A stretch of DNA of 64,000 nt from an uncultured Acidobacteriota bacterium (GTDB lineage Bacteria > Acidobacteriota > Thermoanaerobaculia > UBA5066 > Gp7-AA6). The stretch's first letter is position 1. Each line of letters begins with the position of its first letter. The notes under the pieces are model-generated. The model was given only the letters and a program-made list of their open reading frames with translations, searched no databases and was not told the origin of the DNA. The translations under genes were made by a program, and so were the position numbers. The stretch is from contig CAVUAN010000024.1 in NCBI GenBank assembly GCA_963739435.1, forward strand, positions 39,486 to 103,485, read 5' to 3'. Of the stretch, positions 49,367 through 59,953 are shown piece by piece.

Positions 49367-50264
49367 AGGCCTCCACCTTCACGTTCCGGTCGATCCGCCT
49401 CGCCAGGCCGGTCAACACGTTGCCCGGTCCGATTTCGAGCCCGCGGTCCACACCCTCTCGGGCCAGAAGCTGCATCGAGGCGAACCACCGCAGGGGCGAG
49501 TCGATCTGCCGCACGAGCGCCTCGCGCAGGCGCGACCCGGATGTCTCGGCAGCCGCGTCCACGTTCGTCACGATGGGCCACTTCGAATCGGAGAAAGCCG
49601 CCGCGTCCAGCAAGGGCTTCATCTTCCGCCGCGCCGGCTCCATGAGCGACGAGTGAAACGGCGCCGAGACCGGAAGCGGGATCGCGCGCTTTGCTCCTCG
49701 CGCCGTGCAGGCGGCCGACGCGCGCGCGACCGCCGCGGCGCTTCCGGCGATCACGGTCTGCTCGGGCGAGTTGAAGTTCACCGCCTCGACCGCTTCGCCC
49801 TGGGCGGCCTCCCGGCAAGCTGCCTCGACCTCCTCAGGGGCGAGACCCACGATGGCCGCCATCGCGCCGGCGCCGGCCGGCACCGCCTCCTGCATGAAGC
49901 GCCCGCGCTCGCGGACGAGACGCACGGCGTCGGCAAATCCGAGCGACCCCGCGGCGACGTTGGCCGAGTACTCGCCGAGCGAGTGGCCGGCGGCAAACGC
50001 CGCGCCCTGGAGGCGTTCGGGAAACCGCGAGGAGAGATCGCGGAAGGCCGCGATCGAGTGCGTCAGGATGGCGGGCTGCGTGTTGGCCGTCTGCTTCAGC
50101 TCGTCCTCGGGCCCCTCGAAGCAGAGACGCGAGAGCGGAGAGCCCAGCGCCGCGTCCGCCTCCTCGAATGTCGCCCGGGCGACGGGAGAAGCGTCGCAAA
50201 GCGCCTTCCCCATACCGACGAACTGGGAGCCCTGACCGGGGAAGAGCAGGGCGAGCTTGCCCAT
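49356..50264 (-). CDS. fabD: Malonyl-CoA:ACP transacylase
   Basis: 302 aa: LLFPGQGSQFVGMG, GHSLGEYSA and VSAPFHS. Confidence 0.95.
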   Translation of the reverse strand: MGKLALLFPGQGSQFVGMGKALCDASPVARATFEEADAALGSPLSRLCFEGPEDELKQTANTQPAILTHSIAAFRDLSSRFPERLQGAAFAAGHSLGEYSANVAAGSLGFADAVRLVRERGRFMQEAVPAGAGAMAAIVGLAPEEVEAACREAAQGEAVEAVNFNSPEQTVIAGSAAAVARASAACTARGAKRAIPLPVSAPFHSSLMEPARRKMKPLLDAAAFSDSKWPIVTNVDAAAETSGSRLREALVRQIDSPLRWFASMQLLAREGVDRGLEIGPGNVLTGLARRIDRNVKVEAYGG

Positions 50265-50271
50265 CTGCCCT

Positions 50272-51255
50272 CTACCAGCGGACGAGCACCGAGCCCCAGA
50301 CGAGCCCGGCGCCGAAAGCCGTCAACAGCACGAGATCACCGGTCTTGATGCGCCCTTCGCGCAGGCACTCATCGAGGGCGATCGGGATCGAGGCGGCCGA
50401 CGTGTTGCCGAAACGATCCACGTTGCTGTACACGCGCTCGGCGGGAAACTTCATGCGCTCTCCCACGGCGTCGATGATGCGGGAGTTGGCCTGGTGCGGA
50501 ATGAAGAGAGAGACGTCGCTCATCTCGAAACCCTGCTCCTTCAAGAGCTCGGCGGAGACATCGGCCATCGCCTTGACAGCGATCTTGAAGGTCTCGTTGC
50601 CTTTCATCCGGATGAACGCCACGCGGGCTTCGAGAGTCCGGGGGTCGTTGGCCGGGTGGTTCGAGCCTCCGCCCGGCATGCAGATGAAGTCCTGGTACTC
50701 GCCATCCGACTTCATGACAGAGCCCAGGATGCCGTGGTCCCCCTTGGTCGCCTGGAGCACCGCGGCGCCCGCTCCGTCGCCGAAGAGGACGCAGGTGGAC
50801 CGGTCCGTCCAGTCCACGTACCGGGTCAGGATTTCGCCCCCGATGACCAGGACGTTGGAGGCCTTGCTCGACTTGATGAGGCCGTCGGCCACGTGGAGGC
50901 CGTAAAGGAAACCGACGCAGGCCGCCTGGATGTCGAAGGCCGCCGCCCGGCTGGCGCCGATGTTCTTCTGGACGAGACATGCGGTTGCCGGAAACGGCAT
51001 GTCGCCCGAGATCGTCCCGACGATGATCGTGTCGAGGTCTGCCGCCTTCATGTGAGCGCGCTTCAGGGCGGCATCGGCCGCCTTCGTGCAGAGTTCGGAG
51101 AACCTCTCCCCCTCGACGACGACGTGGCGCTCCTTGATGCCCGTCCGCTTGACGATCCACTCGTCCGAGGTCTGGACGATCTTCTCGAGGTCCGCGTTGG
51201 TGAGCAGCTTCTTGGGGACGGCTGACCCAATGCCCAGGATGCGCGCGCGGTTCAT
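50272..51255 (-). CDS. fabH: 3-oxoacyl-ACP synthase III
   Basis: ATG at 51255 in ORF 50272..51342 gives MNRARILGIGSAVP, SDEWIVKRTGIKER, ACVGF, PHQAN and GNTSAASIP. Confidence 0.93.
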   Translation of the reverse strand: MNRARILGIGSAVPKKLLTNADLEKIVQTSDEWIVKRTGIKERHVVVEGERFSELCTKAADAALKRAHMKAADLDTIIVGTISGDMPFPATACLVQKNIGASRAAAFDIQAACVGFLYGLHVADGLIKSSKASNVLVIGGEILTRYVDWTDRSTCVLFGDGAGAAVLQATKGDHGILGSVMKSDGEYQDFICMPGGGSNHPANDPRTLEARVAFIRMKGNETFKIAVKAMADVSAELLKEQGFEMSDVSLFIPHQANSRIIDAVGERMKFPAERVYSNVDRFGNTSAASIPIALDECLREGRIKTGDLVLLTAFGAGLVWGSVLVRW

Positions 51256-51259
51256 CCCG

Positions 51260-52279
51260 TCAGGCCTTCTGGAGCGACTCTTCGCGATCGTGCAGGTCGG
51301 CGACCGACGCCCGGATCTTCTCGGCCAACCCCTGGCGGGCAAACTCGGCGGCGAGCCGGATGGCGTTCTTGACCGCCTTCGCGCTCGACCGGCCGTGGCA
51401 GATGATGACGCAGCCCTTGACGCCCAGAAGCGGCGCCCCTCCGTACTCCGAGTAGTCGAGGCGCGACTTGAAGCTGCGGAAGGCCGAGCGCGAGAGCAGG
51501 AACCCGACGGAAGCCTTGAGCGTCTTCTTGATCTCTTCCCGGAGGAGCTCCTCGATCATCTCGGCCAGGGCCTCCGAGACCTTGAGGATGACGTTGCCCG
51601 TGAACCCGTCGGTCACGATCACGTCCACCCGCCCGTTGAAGACGTCGCGGCCCTCGACGTTGCCGATGAAATGCAGGCCCGTCTCCTTCAGGGTCTTGAA
51701 GACTTCCTTCGTGCGGTCGGTGCCCTTGGAGTCCTCCTCGCCGATCGACATCAAGCCAATCGAAGGGTTCTTCTTGCCGAACACGAGCTCCGCATAGATC
51801 GACCCCATGACCGCGAATTCCTTGAAATGCGCGGTCTTGGCATCCGGGTTGGCCCCCACGTCGAGCAGCAGGCTGTGGCCCTTGAGATTCGGGAGAACCG
51901 TTGCGAGGGCCGGGCGGTCGACTCCCTCGATCGTGCCGACGACCATCTTCGCGGCGACCATCGCCGCTCCCGTGTGGCCTGCGGAAACGAGGCCGGCCGC
52001 GCGCCCGTCGCGCACACAGTTGGCCGCGATCCGGATGGAGGAGTTGCGCTTCTTCCGGATCGGCGCCGTGCCGGGGTCTTCCATCGTCACGACGTCGGCG
52101 GCCTCCGTGATCTCGATGTCGGGCCCGGAGTACCCCGCTTCGGCGAGCAGCCTTTTCAAGACGGCCGATTTGCCGACGAGCAGGGTCTGGATCCCGAACT
52201 CGCGCGCGGCCGCTATGGCCCCGTCGACGTTGACCGTCGGGGCGTAGTCGCCACCCATCGCGTCTACAGCAATGCGCAC
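51260..52279 (-). CDS. plsX: Phosphate acyltransferase PlsX
   Basis: GTG at 52279 (SD GAGGG upstream) in ORF 51260..52339 gives VRIAVDAMGGDYAP, TDGFTGNV and GAPLLGV.G..I..HG.S. Confidence 0.9.
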   Translation of the reverse strand: MRIAVDAMGGDYAPTVNVDGAIAAAREFGIQTLLVGKSAVLKRLLAEAGYSGPDIEITEAADVVTMEDPGTAPIRKKRNSSIRIAANCVRDGRAAGLVSAGHTGAAMVAAKMVVGTIEGVDRPALATVLPNLKGHSLLLDVGANPDAKTAHFKEFAVMGSIYAELVFGKKNPSIGLMSIGEEDSKGTDRTKEVFKTLKETGLHFIGNVEGRDVFNGRVDVIVTDGFTGNVILKVSEALAEMIEELLREEIKKTLKASVGFLLSRSAFRSFKSRLDYSEYGGAPLLGVKGCVIICHGRSSAKAVKNAIRLAAEFARQGLAEKIRASVADLHDREESLQKA

Positions 52280-52372
52280 TCGGACCCTCGCTGCCTGATG
52301 GATACCACGAGTGCCGGGATTATATCGGCCCGCGGGCAACCCTGAAGCTCGCTCCGGGCCTCACGCCTCGCC

Positions 52373-52546
52373 TCAGGTATTGATCGTCTGCTTGCCCTTG
52401 TAGTGCCCGCAGTGGGGACAGACGCGATGCGGGAGCTTGGGCTCCTTGCAGTTGGGGCACTGCGAGCGGGCCGGGGGCGTCAGCGCGTCGTGCGCGCGGC
52501 GCTTGTCGCGGCGGGCCTTGCTGTGGCGGCGTTTGGGATTGGGCAT
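52373..52546 (-). CDS. rpmF: 50S ribosomal protein L32
   Basis: Manual translation, 57 aa: [57 protein letters not shown]. Not in the ORF track (<60 aa). Confidence 0.92.
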   Translation of the reverse strand: MPNPKRRHSKARRDKRRAHDALTPPARSQCPNCKEPKLPHRVCPHCGHYKGKQTINT

Positions 52547-52553
52547 CGTCGAC

Positions 52554-53081
52554 CTACACTTTCTGCTTCAGAGCCTTGAGGGCTTCCCACCGGGGGTCGG
52601 CGATCTCGGCGACACAGCCGCAAGCCCTTTCGTTCAAATCCTGTCCGCACTCCGGGCAGAGGCCCTTGCAATCCTCCCGGCACAGCGGCTTCATCGGTAC
52701 CAGCATCTGGATGCGTTCTTCGACAATCGGCGCCACGGGCACGACCGTGTCGTCGTAGAAGGAGACGTCGAGGTCGTCTTTCTCGAGGGCGACCTCTTCC
52801 CCCAGGGGACCCCGGGGACACAGCACGAGCGAAAACGTCTCGTCCGCCTCGAAGGGGTAGGCCGCGAGGCAACGGGAGCACTCGAGCTCGCCGCCGTAGG
52901 CGATGTGGGCGTCGAGCGCGTATCCCTTCTCGATGCGCGAGACCTCGCCGTCCACCCGAATGGCGGTCAACGAGACGAGCGGCTCCCGGCCGAGCGTCTC
53001 GGCCGATAACGGCACGACGAACTCGAAGGCGACCGGGTCGTCGTGGATGGCTTCCAGCGAGAGAGTGTTCTGGTGTTGCAT
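52554..53081 (-). CDS. yceD: YceD/DUF177 family protein (large-subunit ribosomal-protein-L32-associated)
   Basis: ATG at 53081 (alternative 53096) in ORF 52554..53498, giving ..[27 protein letters not shown]. The position upstream of rpmF and plsX is canonical. Confidence 0.85.
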   Translation of the reverse strand: MQHQNTLSLEAIHDDPVAFEFVVPLSAETLGREPLVSLTAIRVDGEVSRIEKGYALDAHIAYGGELECSRCLAAYPFEADETFSLVLCPRGPLGEEVALEKDDLDVSFYDDTVVPVAPIVEERIQMLVPMKPLCREDCKGLCPECGQDLNERACGCVAEIADPRWEALKALKQKV

Positions 53082-53156
53082 GGCCGAACCGCGCATTTTA
53101 GCGAAGCCTCCGCTCCAGTCAAATGGAAGCGGTTGGGAGACTGTAAACTGCTCCAA

Positions 53157-54260
53157 ATGCGAGTCGCGATCGATGCCCGAGCCCTCATGGGAGCGCAAAC
53201 GGGCATCGGCACCTACACGCGCGGCATCGCAAGGGCTCTTTCCCGGCGCCCGGACACGCAGGTGGGCCTTTTCTCGCCGCGCCCGCTGCCCGACGGGCCG
53301 AAAGGCGAAGGCCTCACGGCGCTCCACGGGCCGGATCTGCCGGGCATCCTCTGGACCCAGACGGCCTTTGCCGGCCGCGCTGCCGCCTGGCAGGCCGATG
53401 TCCTGCTCGCGGCGCTCACGATCGCGCCTTTCTCCTCCCCCCTGCCCGTCGTGTCGGTCGTCCACGATCTGACGCCGGTCACCAACCCCGAGTGGCACGC
53501 CGCGCGGACGCTCATCGGTTTCCTGCCCTTCTGGGACCGCACCGCCGAGCTGGCGGCGCGCTTCGTCTGCGTCTCCGAAGCGACCGGGCGCGTGCTCGCG
53601 CGGCTCTATCCCGACACCGCAGGCCGTCTCCGCGTCGCCCCCAACGGCGTCGACCCCGAATTTGCTCCCGGCGGCAATGACGCCACGCGCCGGGAGGCGC
53701 GGGAGCGCTTCGCCAACGGACGGCCCTTCGTCCTGTACCTCGGTACGCTCGAGCCGCGCAAGAACGTCACGGCCTTAGTCGAGGCCTGTGAACGTCTCTG
53801 GGAGGAGCGCGCCGATCGCCCCGACCTCGTGCTCGCCGGAGGTGTGGGCTGGAAGGCTTCGCCCATCCTGGCGCGCATCGAAGCTTCGCCCTTTCGAAGC
53901 CGCATCCACCTGGCGGGTTACGCCGCGCGCGAAACCGCCCTCTCGCTGTACCGCTCGTGCGAGGCCTTCGTCTACCCGTCGTTCGTCGAGGGGTTCGGCC
54001 TGCCGCTGCTCGAAGCGATGGCCTGCGGAACGCCTTGCGTAGCATCGACGGCCGACGCTTTAGTCGAGGTCGGCGGAGACGCCGCACTCTACGCCCCGCC
54101 CGGGGACCCGCAGGCGCTCGCCCGGCTCATCGCCCAGGCTCTCGAGGATTCCGAAACGAGAAGGCGCCTGGCTGCAGCGGGACCCCGCCGGGCCGCCTTG
54201 TTCACCTGGGAGGCGGCTGCGGCGGCAACGGCCGCTGCCCTCGAAGAGGCCGCGGCATGA
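53157..54260 (+). CDS. Glycosyltransferase family 1/4 (GT-B)
   Basis: ATG at 53157 in ORF 53043..54260 gives MRVAIDARAL, LGTLEPRKN and the E-x7-E region YPSFVEGFGLPLLEAMACGTP. Confidence 0.88.
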   Translation: MRVAIDARALMGAQTGIGTYTRGIARALSRRPDTQVGLFSPRPLPDGPKGEGLTALHGPDLPGILWTQTAFAGRAAAWQADVLLAALTIAPFSSPLPVVSVVHDLTPVTNPEWHAARTLIGFLPFWDRTAELAARFVCVSEATGRVLARLYPDTAGRLRVAPNGVDPEFAPGGNDATRREARERFANGRPFVLYLGTLEPRKNVTALVEACERLWEERADRPDLVLAGGVGWKASPILARIEASPFRSRIHLAGYAARETALSLYRSCEAFVYPSFVEGFGLPLLEAMACGTPCVASTADALVEVGGDAALYAPPGDPQALARLIAQALEDSETRRRLAAAGPRRAALFTWEAAAAATAAALEEAAA

Positions 54261-55405
54261 GCCGCGTCCGGCATCCGCCCCGCCCGCTCGTCGGTATCGA
54301 CGCGCGCAAGCTCAGAGACTTCGGCATCGGTTCCTATGTCCGCAACCTCCTCGAGGCCCTCGCGCGGCGGCCCGAGTCGATGGCGTACCGGTTCCGGGTG
54401 TTTGCGCGCCGTGTCGACCGCGATGCCCTGCCTGCCCTGCCTCCGCACTTCGACGTGGCGACCGAGGAGGCGCCGAGCTACTCCCTCTCCGAGCTGACCG
54501 GATTTGCCTGGCGCCTGTGGCGCCACCGCCTGGACCTCTTCCACGCGACGCACTACGTGCTGCCGCCGCTGCCCCGCGGCCGCGCCGTCGTCACGATCCA
54601 CGACATCATCCACTTGCTCTACCCGCAGTTCCTGCCCAACCGAGCCGCCCACGTCTACGCCCGCATCATGATCCGCCGGGCCTTGAAGCGCGCCGACAAG
54701 ATCATCACGGTCTCGCACAACTCGAAGCGCGACCTCGTGGAGCACTTCGGCATTGCCCCCGCCGGCGTCCAGGTCATCTACAACGGCGTCTCGCCCCGCT
54801 TCCGCCCCGACGTGCCCGGCGAGGAGCGCCGCCGCGTGGCCGACAAGCTCGGCCTCCCCTCGCCGTATCTCCTCTTCCTGGGCGGCGAACGGCCGCACAA
54901 GAACGCCCGCAATGTCGTGCGGGCCTTCGCGGAGGCCCGAAGGGGCCACCAGCTGCCGCACGTTCTCGTGCTTGCCGGGCCCATGCCCCGGAACGAGGGC
55001 CGAGTCGCGGCGTTGATCTCCGCCCTCGATCTTACGGATTCGATCCGGCGGCCAGGGCTCGTGGACGATGACGACATGCCGGGCCTCTTTGCCGGCGCGG
55101 ACGCGTTTCTCTACCCGACCCTGTACGAGGGATTCGGCCTTCCGGTCGTCGAAGCCATGGCCTGCGGCACTCCGGTCCTGACGTCTTCGACCTCGGCGCT
55201 GCAGGAAATCGCGGGCGGCCACGCGCTGCTCGTCGACCCGATGGACGCCACCGCGATCGCGGCGGGCATCGTCACGCTGGCGACCGAGCCCGCCAAACGG
55301 GCCGAGTTGACGAAGCTGGGACTCGCGCGCGCCGCAGACTTCTCCTGGAACAAGACCGCCGAGGCGACGCTCTCCGTCTATGCCAGCACCCTGACGGGCC
55401 GATGA
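54257..55405 (+). CDS. Glycosyltransferase family 1/4 (GT-B)
   Basis: The ATG at 54257 overlaps the upstream stop. Motifs: GIDARKL, GGERPHKN and YPTLYEGFGLPVVEAMACGTP. Confidence 0.88.
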   Translation: MSRVRHPPRPLVGIDARKLRDFGIGSYVRNLLEALARRPESMAYRFRVFARRVDRDALPALPPHFDVATEEAPSYSLSELTGFAWRLWRHRLDLFHATHYVLPPLPRGRAVVTIHDIIHLLYPQFLPNRAAHVYARIMIRRALKRADKIITVSHNSKRDLVEHFGIAPAGVQVIYNGVSPRFRPDVPGEERRRVADKLGLPSPYLLFLGGERPHKNARNVVRAFAEARRGHQLPHVLVLAGPMPRNEGRVAALISALDLTDSIRRPGLVDDDDMPGLFAGADAFLYPTLYEGFGLPVVEAMACGTPVLTSSTSALQEIAGGHALLVDPMDATAIAAGIVTLATEPAKRAELTKLGLARAADFSWNKTAEATLSVYASTLTGR

Positions 55406-56493
55406 AGACCGCGGTCGTCCACGACTGGTTGAACGGCATGCGGGGCGGGGAGAAGGTCCTCGAGGCGATCCTCCCGCTCGTGCCCGACCCGACGGTCTTC
55501 ACGCTCTTCCACGTGCCCGGCTCGGTTTCGGCGGCGATCGAGCGCTACCCCATCCGCGCGTCCTACCTGAACCTGCTTCCCTTCTCCCGCGGCGGGTACC
55601 GCAATTACCTGCCGCTCTTTGCCCGTGCCGTCGAATCCTTCGATCTCTCGGGCTTCGACCTCGTCGTGTCCTCGTCGCACTGCGTGGCGAAGGGCGCGAT
55701 CGCTCCCGGGCAGCGTCCCCCATCTCTGCTACTGCCACACGCCGGTCCGGTACGCGTGGGACCAGTTCGACGAGTACTTCCCGGATGGAACTTCGCTGCG
55801 CGGCCTCAAGCGCTTCTTCGTCGAGCGCCTGCGCGAATGGGACAGGCGCACGGTCGAGCCGGCCGACCCGCTATCTCGCCAACTCCATCGGCCGTGGCCG
55901 AGAGAATCCGGCGCCACTACGGCCGCGAAGCGACGGTTTGTCATCCCCCCGTCGACGTCGCCTTCTACACACCCTCCGAATCGCCGCGGCGCGACTTCCT
56001 GCTCTGCGTCGGGGCGCTCGTTCCCTACAAGCGTTTTGGCGACGCCGTCGCCGCCGCAAAGAGCGTCGGCCGCCCGCTCACTCTCGTCGGGCGCGGCCCG
56101 GAAGAAAAGCGCCTCCGCGCGATGGCCGGCTCCTCCGTAAACATCGTGGCTGACCGGGCGCCGGAAGAGCTGCGCGAGCTGTACCGGACATGCGCGGCCT
56201 TCGTACAGCCAGGAGAGGAGGACTTTGGCATTGCGGCTGTCGAGGCTCTCGCCTGCGGCGCTCCGGTCATCGCCCTCGCCCGCGGCGGCGCTTGCGACAT
56301 CGTCGAGGACGGCAAGAACGGCGTCCTCTTCACGGAACAGGGTCCCGCGGGCCTCGCCGCGGCCGTGAAACGCGCCGCCGGCATCCCCTTCGATTACAAT
56401 TCGTTGCGGGCTTCGGCGCTCCGATTTGCGCCTGAAGCGTTCAAAAAGCGATTTACTGATGCCTTGCACAGCGTGAGCTCGAGCCTCCGATGA
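55402..56493 (+). CDS. Glycosyltransferase family 4, two to three apparent frameshifts (~55715, ~55870)
   Basis: ORF 55402..56493 carries HDWLNGMRGGEKVLE at the N-terminus and QPGEEDFGIAAVEALACGAPVIA at the C-terminus. The conserved middle, HLCYCHTPVRYAWDQFDEY..LREWD, lies in ORF 55619..56140, and RYLANSI lies in a third frame. Confidence 0.8.
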   Translation: MKTAVVHDWLNGMRGGEKVLEAILPLVPDPTVFTLFHVPGSVSAAIERYPIRASYLNLLPFSRGGYRNYLPLFARAVESFDLSGFDLVVSSSHCVAKGAIAPGQRPPSLLLPHAGPVRVGPVRRVLPGWNFAARPQALLRRAPARMGQAHGRAGRPAISPTPSAVAERIRRHYGREATVCHPPVDVAFYTPSESPRRDFLLCVGALVPYKRFGDAVAAAKSVGRPLTLVGRGPEEKRLRAMAGSSVNIVADRAPEELRELYRTCAAFVQPGEEDFGIAAVEALACGAPVIALARGGACDIVEDGKNGVLFTEQGPAGLAAAVKRAAGIPFDYNSLRASALRFAPEAFKKRFTDALHSVSSSLR

Positions 56494-57895
56494 CCATGAT
56501 CCGCAAGCACCGCCACATCGCCGCTGCCTTCCTGGCGTCGGACTTGATTGCGACGTTCGCGGCACTGACAGGTGCCTACTGGCTGCGCTTCCGGGCGGAG
56601 ATCGTCCCGATTCGAAACGGGGTTCCCGAGTTCTCGGCCTACCTCGCGCTCTTTCCGCTGATGGCCGCCGTCTGGCCGATCGTCTACTACTTCTACGGCC
56701 TCTACCACGTGCGGCGGCACCGCTCGCGGATGGAGGAGGGCCTGGCCATCCTCGTCGCGACAGGGCTCGCGACGCTGATCCTGACGGGACTCGCGGCCTT
56801 CTACAGGGACTTCTCGTACTCGCGCGTCGTGCTGATGCTCTTCTTCGGCTCGGACGTGCTGCTCGTCTTCGCCGGCCGCACTGCCATCCGGCGCTATCTC
56901 GAGGAGGCCTCCCGCCACGGTGTCGGCGTGCGCAACGTCCTCGTCGTCGGCGCGGGCCACCTGGGACATGCGCTCATCGACAAGATTCTCGAGCACCCGG
57001 AGGCTGGCCTTCGCGCACAAGCGCTCGTGGACGACGACCCGCAGCGCGCCCGGGAGGGCTACCGCGGCGTGCCCGCCCTCGGAACGACAGCAGACGTCAA
57101 CCGCGTCATCGAGGAGCTCGGCATCGACACGGTCTACCTGGCCCTTCCCCTCGAGGAGCACCGCACGATGCTCGCGGTGTTGAAGGATGTCGGCCGCACG
57201 GTGGCCGAGGTCCGCTTCGTGCCGGACCTCCTCCAACACATCACCTTCCGCGCCGGCGTCGAGGACTTCGACGGCCTGCCCGTCGTGCACCTGACGCAGG
57301 TCCCGCTCTCGGGCTGGATGAGCCTCGTGAAGCGCCTCGTGGATGTCTCGATCGCCACCACGGCGCTGGCTGTCCTGTCGCCCTTTCTCGGCGGCGATCG
57401 CGATCGCCATCCGCCTGACGGACAAGGGCCCGATCTTCTACCGCCAGATTCGCATGGGCTTGGACGGCCGCTCCTTCGAGATCCTGAAGTTCCGGACCAT
57501 GCACGTCGGCGCCGAGGACGAGACCGGCCCGATGTGGGCGACGCCCGACGACCCGCGACGCACAGGCCTCGGCCGCTTCCTGCGCCGCACGAGCCTGGAC
57601 GAGCTGCCGCAGCTCGTCAACGTCGTCAAGGGCGAGATGTCCTGGTCGGCCCCCGCCCCGAGCGCCCCGAGTTCGTGAGCGAGTTCAGGAGAAGTTCCCC
57701 CAGTACATGCTCCGCCACCGCGTCCGCGCCGGCCTCACCGGCTGGGCCCAGGTCCACGGCTGGCGCGGCAACACCAGCCTCACCAAGCGCATCGAGTACG
57801 ACCTCTACTACATCGAGAACTGGTCGCTGTCTCTCGACCTCAAGATCCTCTGGCTCACCCTGAAGCACGGGCTGACGCACCGCAACGCGTACTAG
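56490..57895 (+). CDS. Polyprenyl-phosphate hexose-1-phosphate transferase (WbaP/WcaJ-type initiating sugar transferase), about three apparent frameshifts (~57390, ~57640, ~57690)
   Basis: The N-terminal TM helices and a Rossmann-like [10 protein letters not shown] are in ORF 56490..57863. The catalytic domain [12 protein letters not shown]...KFRTM and DELPQL.NV..GEMS is in ORF 57343..57678. GLTGWAQV.G is in ORF 57707..57895. Confidence 0.85.
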
Positions 57896-57931
57896 CCCGA
57901 CTCCCGCGGTCAAGTAGTCAGGCCGGACTCC

Positions 57932-59953
57932 TCAGAGATTCTTCAAGCGCCAGAGGCGGGCCGCCAGGTCGCGCTCGGCGCCCGCATCCAGGGTGCGGCC
58001 TCCGAAGGCGGCGGAGCAGTAGGCGTCCACGATGGCGAGGGCGTCGAGGCGGCCCTGCGGCACGACGGACGCGAACAAGCGGGCGACATCGGCCGGGGCA
58101 ACCGAGGGCGAAACGAACCCCGCGCGGCGAGCGGTGAGACGGCGCAGGGCGAGGTAAGCGCGCGTGGGTGCGGGCAGAAACACGCGCCGTTTCCAGAGCC
58201 GGAGGCCGAGCGCCGACAGGCCGAGAGCGGCCAGGACGCCCGCCGCCGCCGCGAGCGGCCGCGAGACGAAGAGCCTCTTTGCCGCGTTCTTCCAGGCGAT
58301 GAAGGTTTCGACGACGGTGCCGAGCGACTGGCGCGCCGCGTCGAAAGCCTGCGCCTGGTCGAGCGAGTCGAAGCCGAGGATCCGGCGGTCGTAGAAGAAC
58401 TCGACCTCGCGGCCGATGCTGGTCACGCGCTCCCAGAACGATCGGTGCGACAGGTCGGCCGGGATACCGGTCGGCGGCGTCGGGTCGAGCACGTCGAAGA
58501 CTCCCCCGCCGAGATTCGCCTCGACCCACGCGTGCAGGTTTCCTCCGCGCACGATGTACGCGTTCGAGAGGAACCCCGACTCGAACCCGTAGGAGCCCGT
58601 GACGAGGCGCGCCGGAACTCCTCGGGCCGAGAGCATCAAAGCCGCGGCCGAAGCGAAATACTCGCAGTGCCCCGCCTTCGACTGCAGAAGAAAGTGCACG
58701 ACCGGATCGCCGGGGGCCTTCGGCGGATCGAGCGTGTAGACGAAGTCCGATTCCAGGTGGCGCCGGATCCGGTCCCAGATCGCCCGAGGCTCCGAAAGAT
58801 CGCCCGTCAGCTTGTCGGCATAGGCGCGGACCTCGCGGGGCACGGCGCGCGGATCGATGATGGACCGGCCCGGGCCGTGCGGCGTAACGCGCGCGACGGA
58901 CGCGGAATACCGAATCGCTCTCTGCCCGCCCTGGACCGAGACGACACCGTCGGTCTGCGGGGCCGGCACGCCGCTGTCAAAGGACAGGTCGTACGACCCA
59001 TAGGGCAGGAAGAGGAAGCCTCGCGCGACGAGATTCATCTCGACGGAGATATGGGCCGCGGGCCCGCCCCCTGTGGGAGACACGCGGGGTATCCCCATCG
59101 CCGGACGCACCTGGCCGTCGGACGCCGTCGGGGTCCCGCGCAGCCAGCTTCCGTCCCGGTACTCGGTGAAGACGGCCTCGCGCAGGCGAAAGACGCGCGC
59201 AATCTCGCGCTCGGAATCGAGGTCGAAGCGCAGCACGACACGATCGCTTTTTTTGGCCGACGAAAAAGCCTCGAGGTCGACGCGGTCGGCCGTCAGGGTC
59301 GTGGCGAAGGCGTCGTCCATGCGAAACCGCACGTTGGCATAAGGGGAGCGCAGGCGCGGCAGCGCGTAGAAAAGCGGCCCGCCGAGGAGAAACGCTCCCG
59401 CCATTGCCGCCGCCGCCAGACCGCCCGTGGGGATCGAGCGCAGGACCCTGTCGGGCGGCGCCGTGTCGAAGTCGGCGAGGACCGCGAGCCGCGAAAGCAG
59501 GCGGAAGCCGATCCACGCCATAGCGCCGAAGTAGAGCAGCGAGGAGTAATGGAACGAAGAGGACGCTGCGGCCAGAGCGAGAAGGAACAGCACGAGCAAG
59601 GCCGTGCGGGCTTCGCCCGGGAACTTGAGCGACGCGAGCTTGGCGATCGCGGTAAACAGGAGCAGGTGCACGACCGTCTGCAGGCGGCCGGACCTCACGA
59701 TGAAGACCTCGAGGCCCAGCCAGAAGAGGTAGGAGAGCCCGATGGCGTTCAACACGGCGTTCGAGAGGCGCACGGGCCGGCCGATCCGCGCGCGCCACCA
59801 GAGCAGCAGCAACGCGGCCTCGTAAACGGCGAGCGCAAGCGCCTTTGCCCCGTTCGTCCAGAAGAGCGGCAGCGGCGCCAGGGCGGCAGCGGGCGCCAGC
59901 GTGAGCATGTAGGCGCGCCGCAGCCCGTCGGGAATCTCGATCTTTGCCCTCAT
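57932..59953 (-). CDS. Transglutaminase-domain membrane protein (TgpA-like, DUF3488 N-terminus)
   Basis: 673 aa with multiple N-terminal TM helices and the transglutaminase core KAGHCEYFASAAALMLSARGVPARLVTG..HAWVE. Confidence 0.88.
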   Translation of the reverse strand: MRAKIEIPDGLRRAYMLTLAPAAALAPLPLFWTNGAKALALAVYEAALLLLWWRARIGRPVRLSNAVLNAIGLSYLFWLGLEVFIVRSGRLQTVVHLLLFTAIAKLASLKFPGEARTALLVLFLLALAAASSSFHYSSLLYFGAMAWIGFRLLSRLAVLADFDTAPPDRVLRSIPTGGLAAAAMAGAFLLGGPLFYALPRLRSPYANVRFRMDDAFATTLTADRVDLEAFSSAKKSDRVVLRFDLDSEREIARVFRLREAVFTEYRDGSWLRGTPTASDGQVRPAMGIPRVSPTGGGPAAHISVEMNLVARGFLFLPYGSYDLSFDSGVPAPQTDGVVSVQGGQRAIRYSASVARVTPHGPGRSIIDPRAVPREVRAYADKLTGDLSEPRAIWDRIRRHLESDFVYTLDPPKAPGDPVVHFLLQSKAGHCEYFASAAALMLSARGVPARLVTGSYGFESGFLSNAYIVRGGNLHAWVEANLGGGVFDVLDPTPPTGIPADLSHRSFWERVTSIGREVEFFYDRRILGFDSLDQAQAFDAARQSLGTVVETFIAWKNAAKRLFVSRPLAAAAGVLAALGLSALGLRLWKRRVFLPAPTRAYLALRRLTARRAGFVSPSVAPADVARLFASVVPQGRLDALAIVDAYCSAAFGGRTLDAGAERDLAARLWRLKNL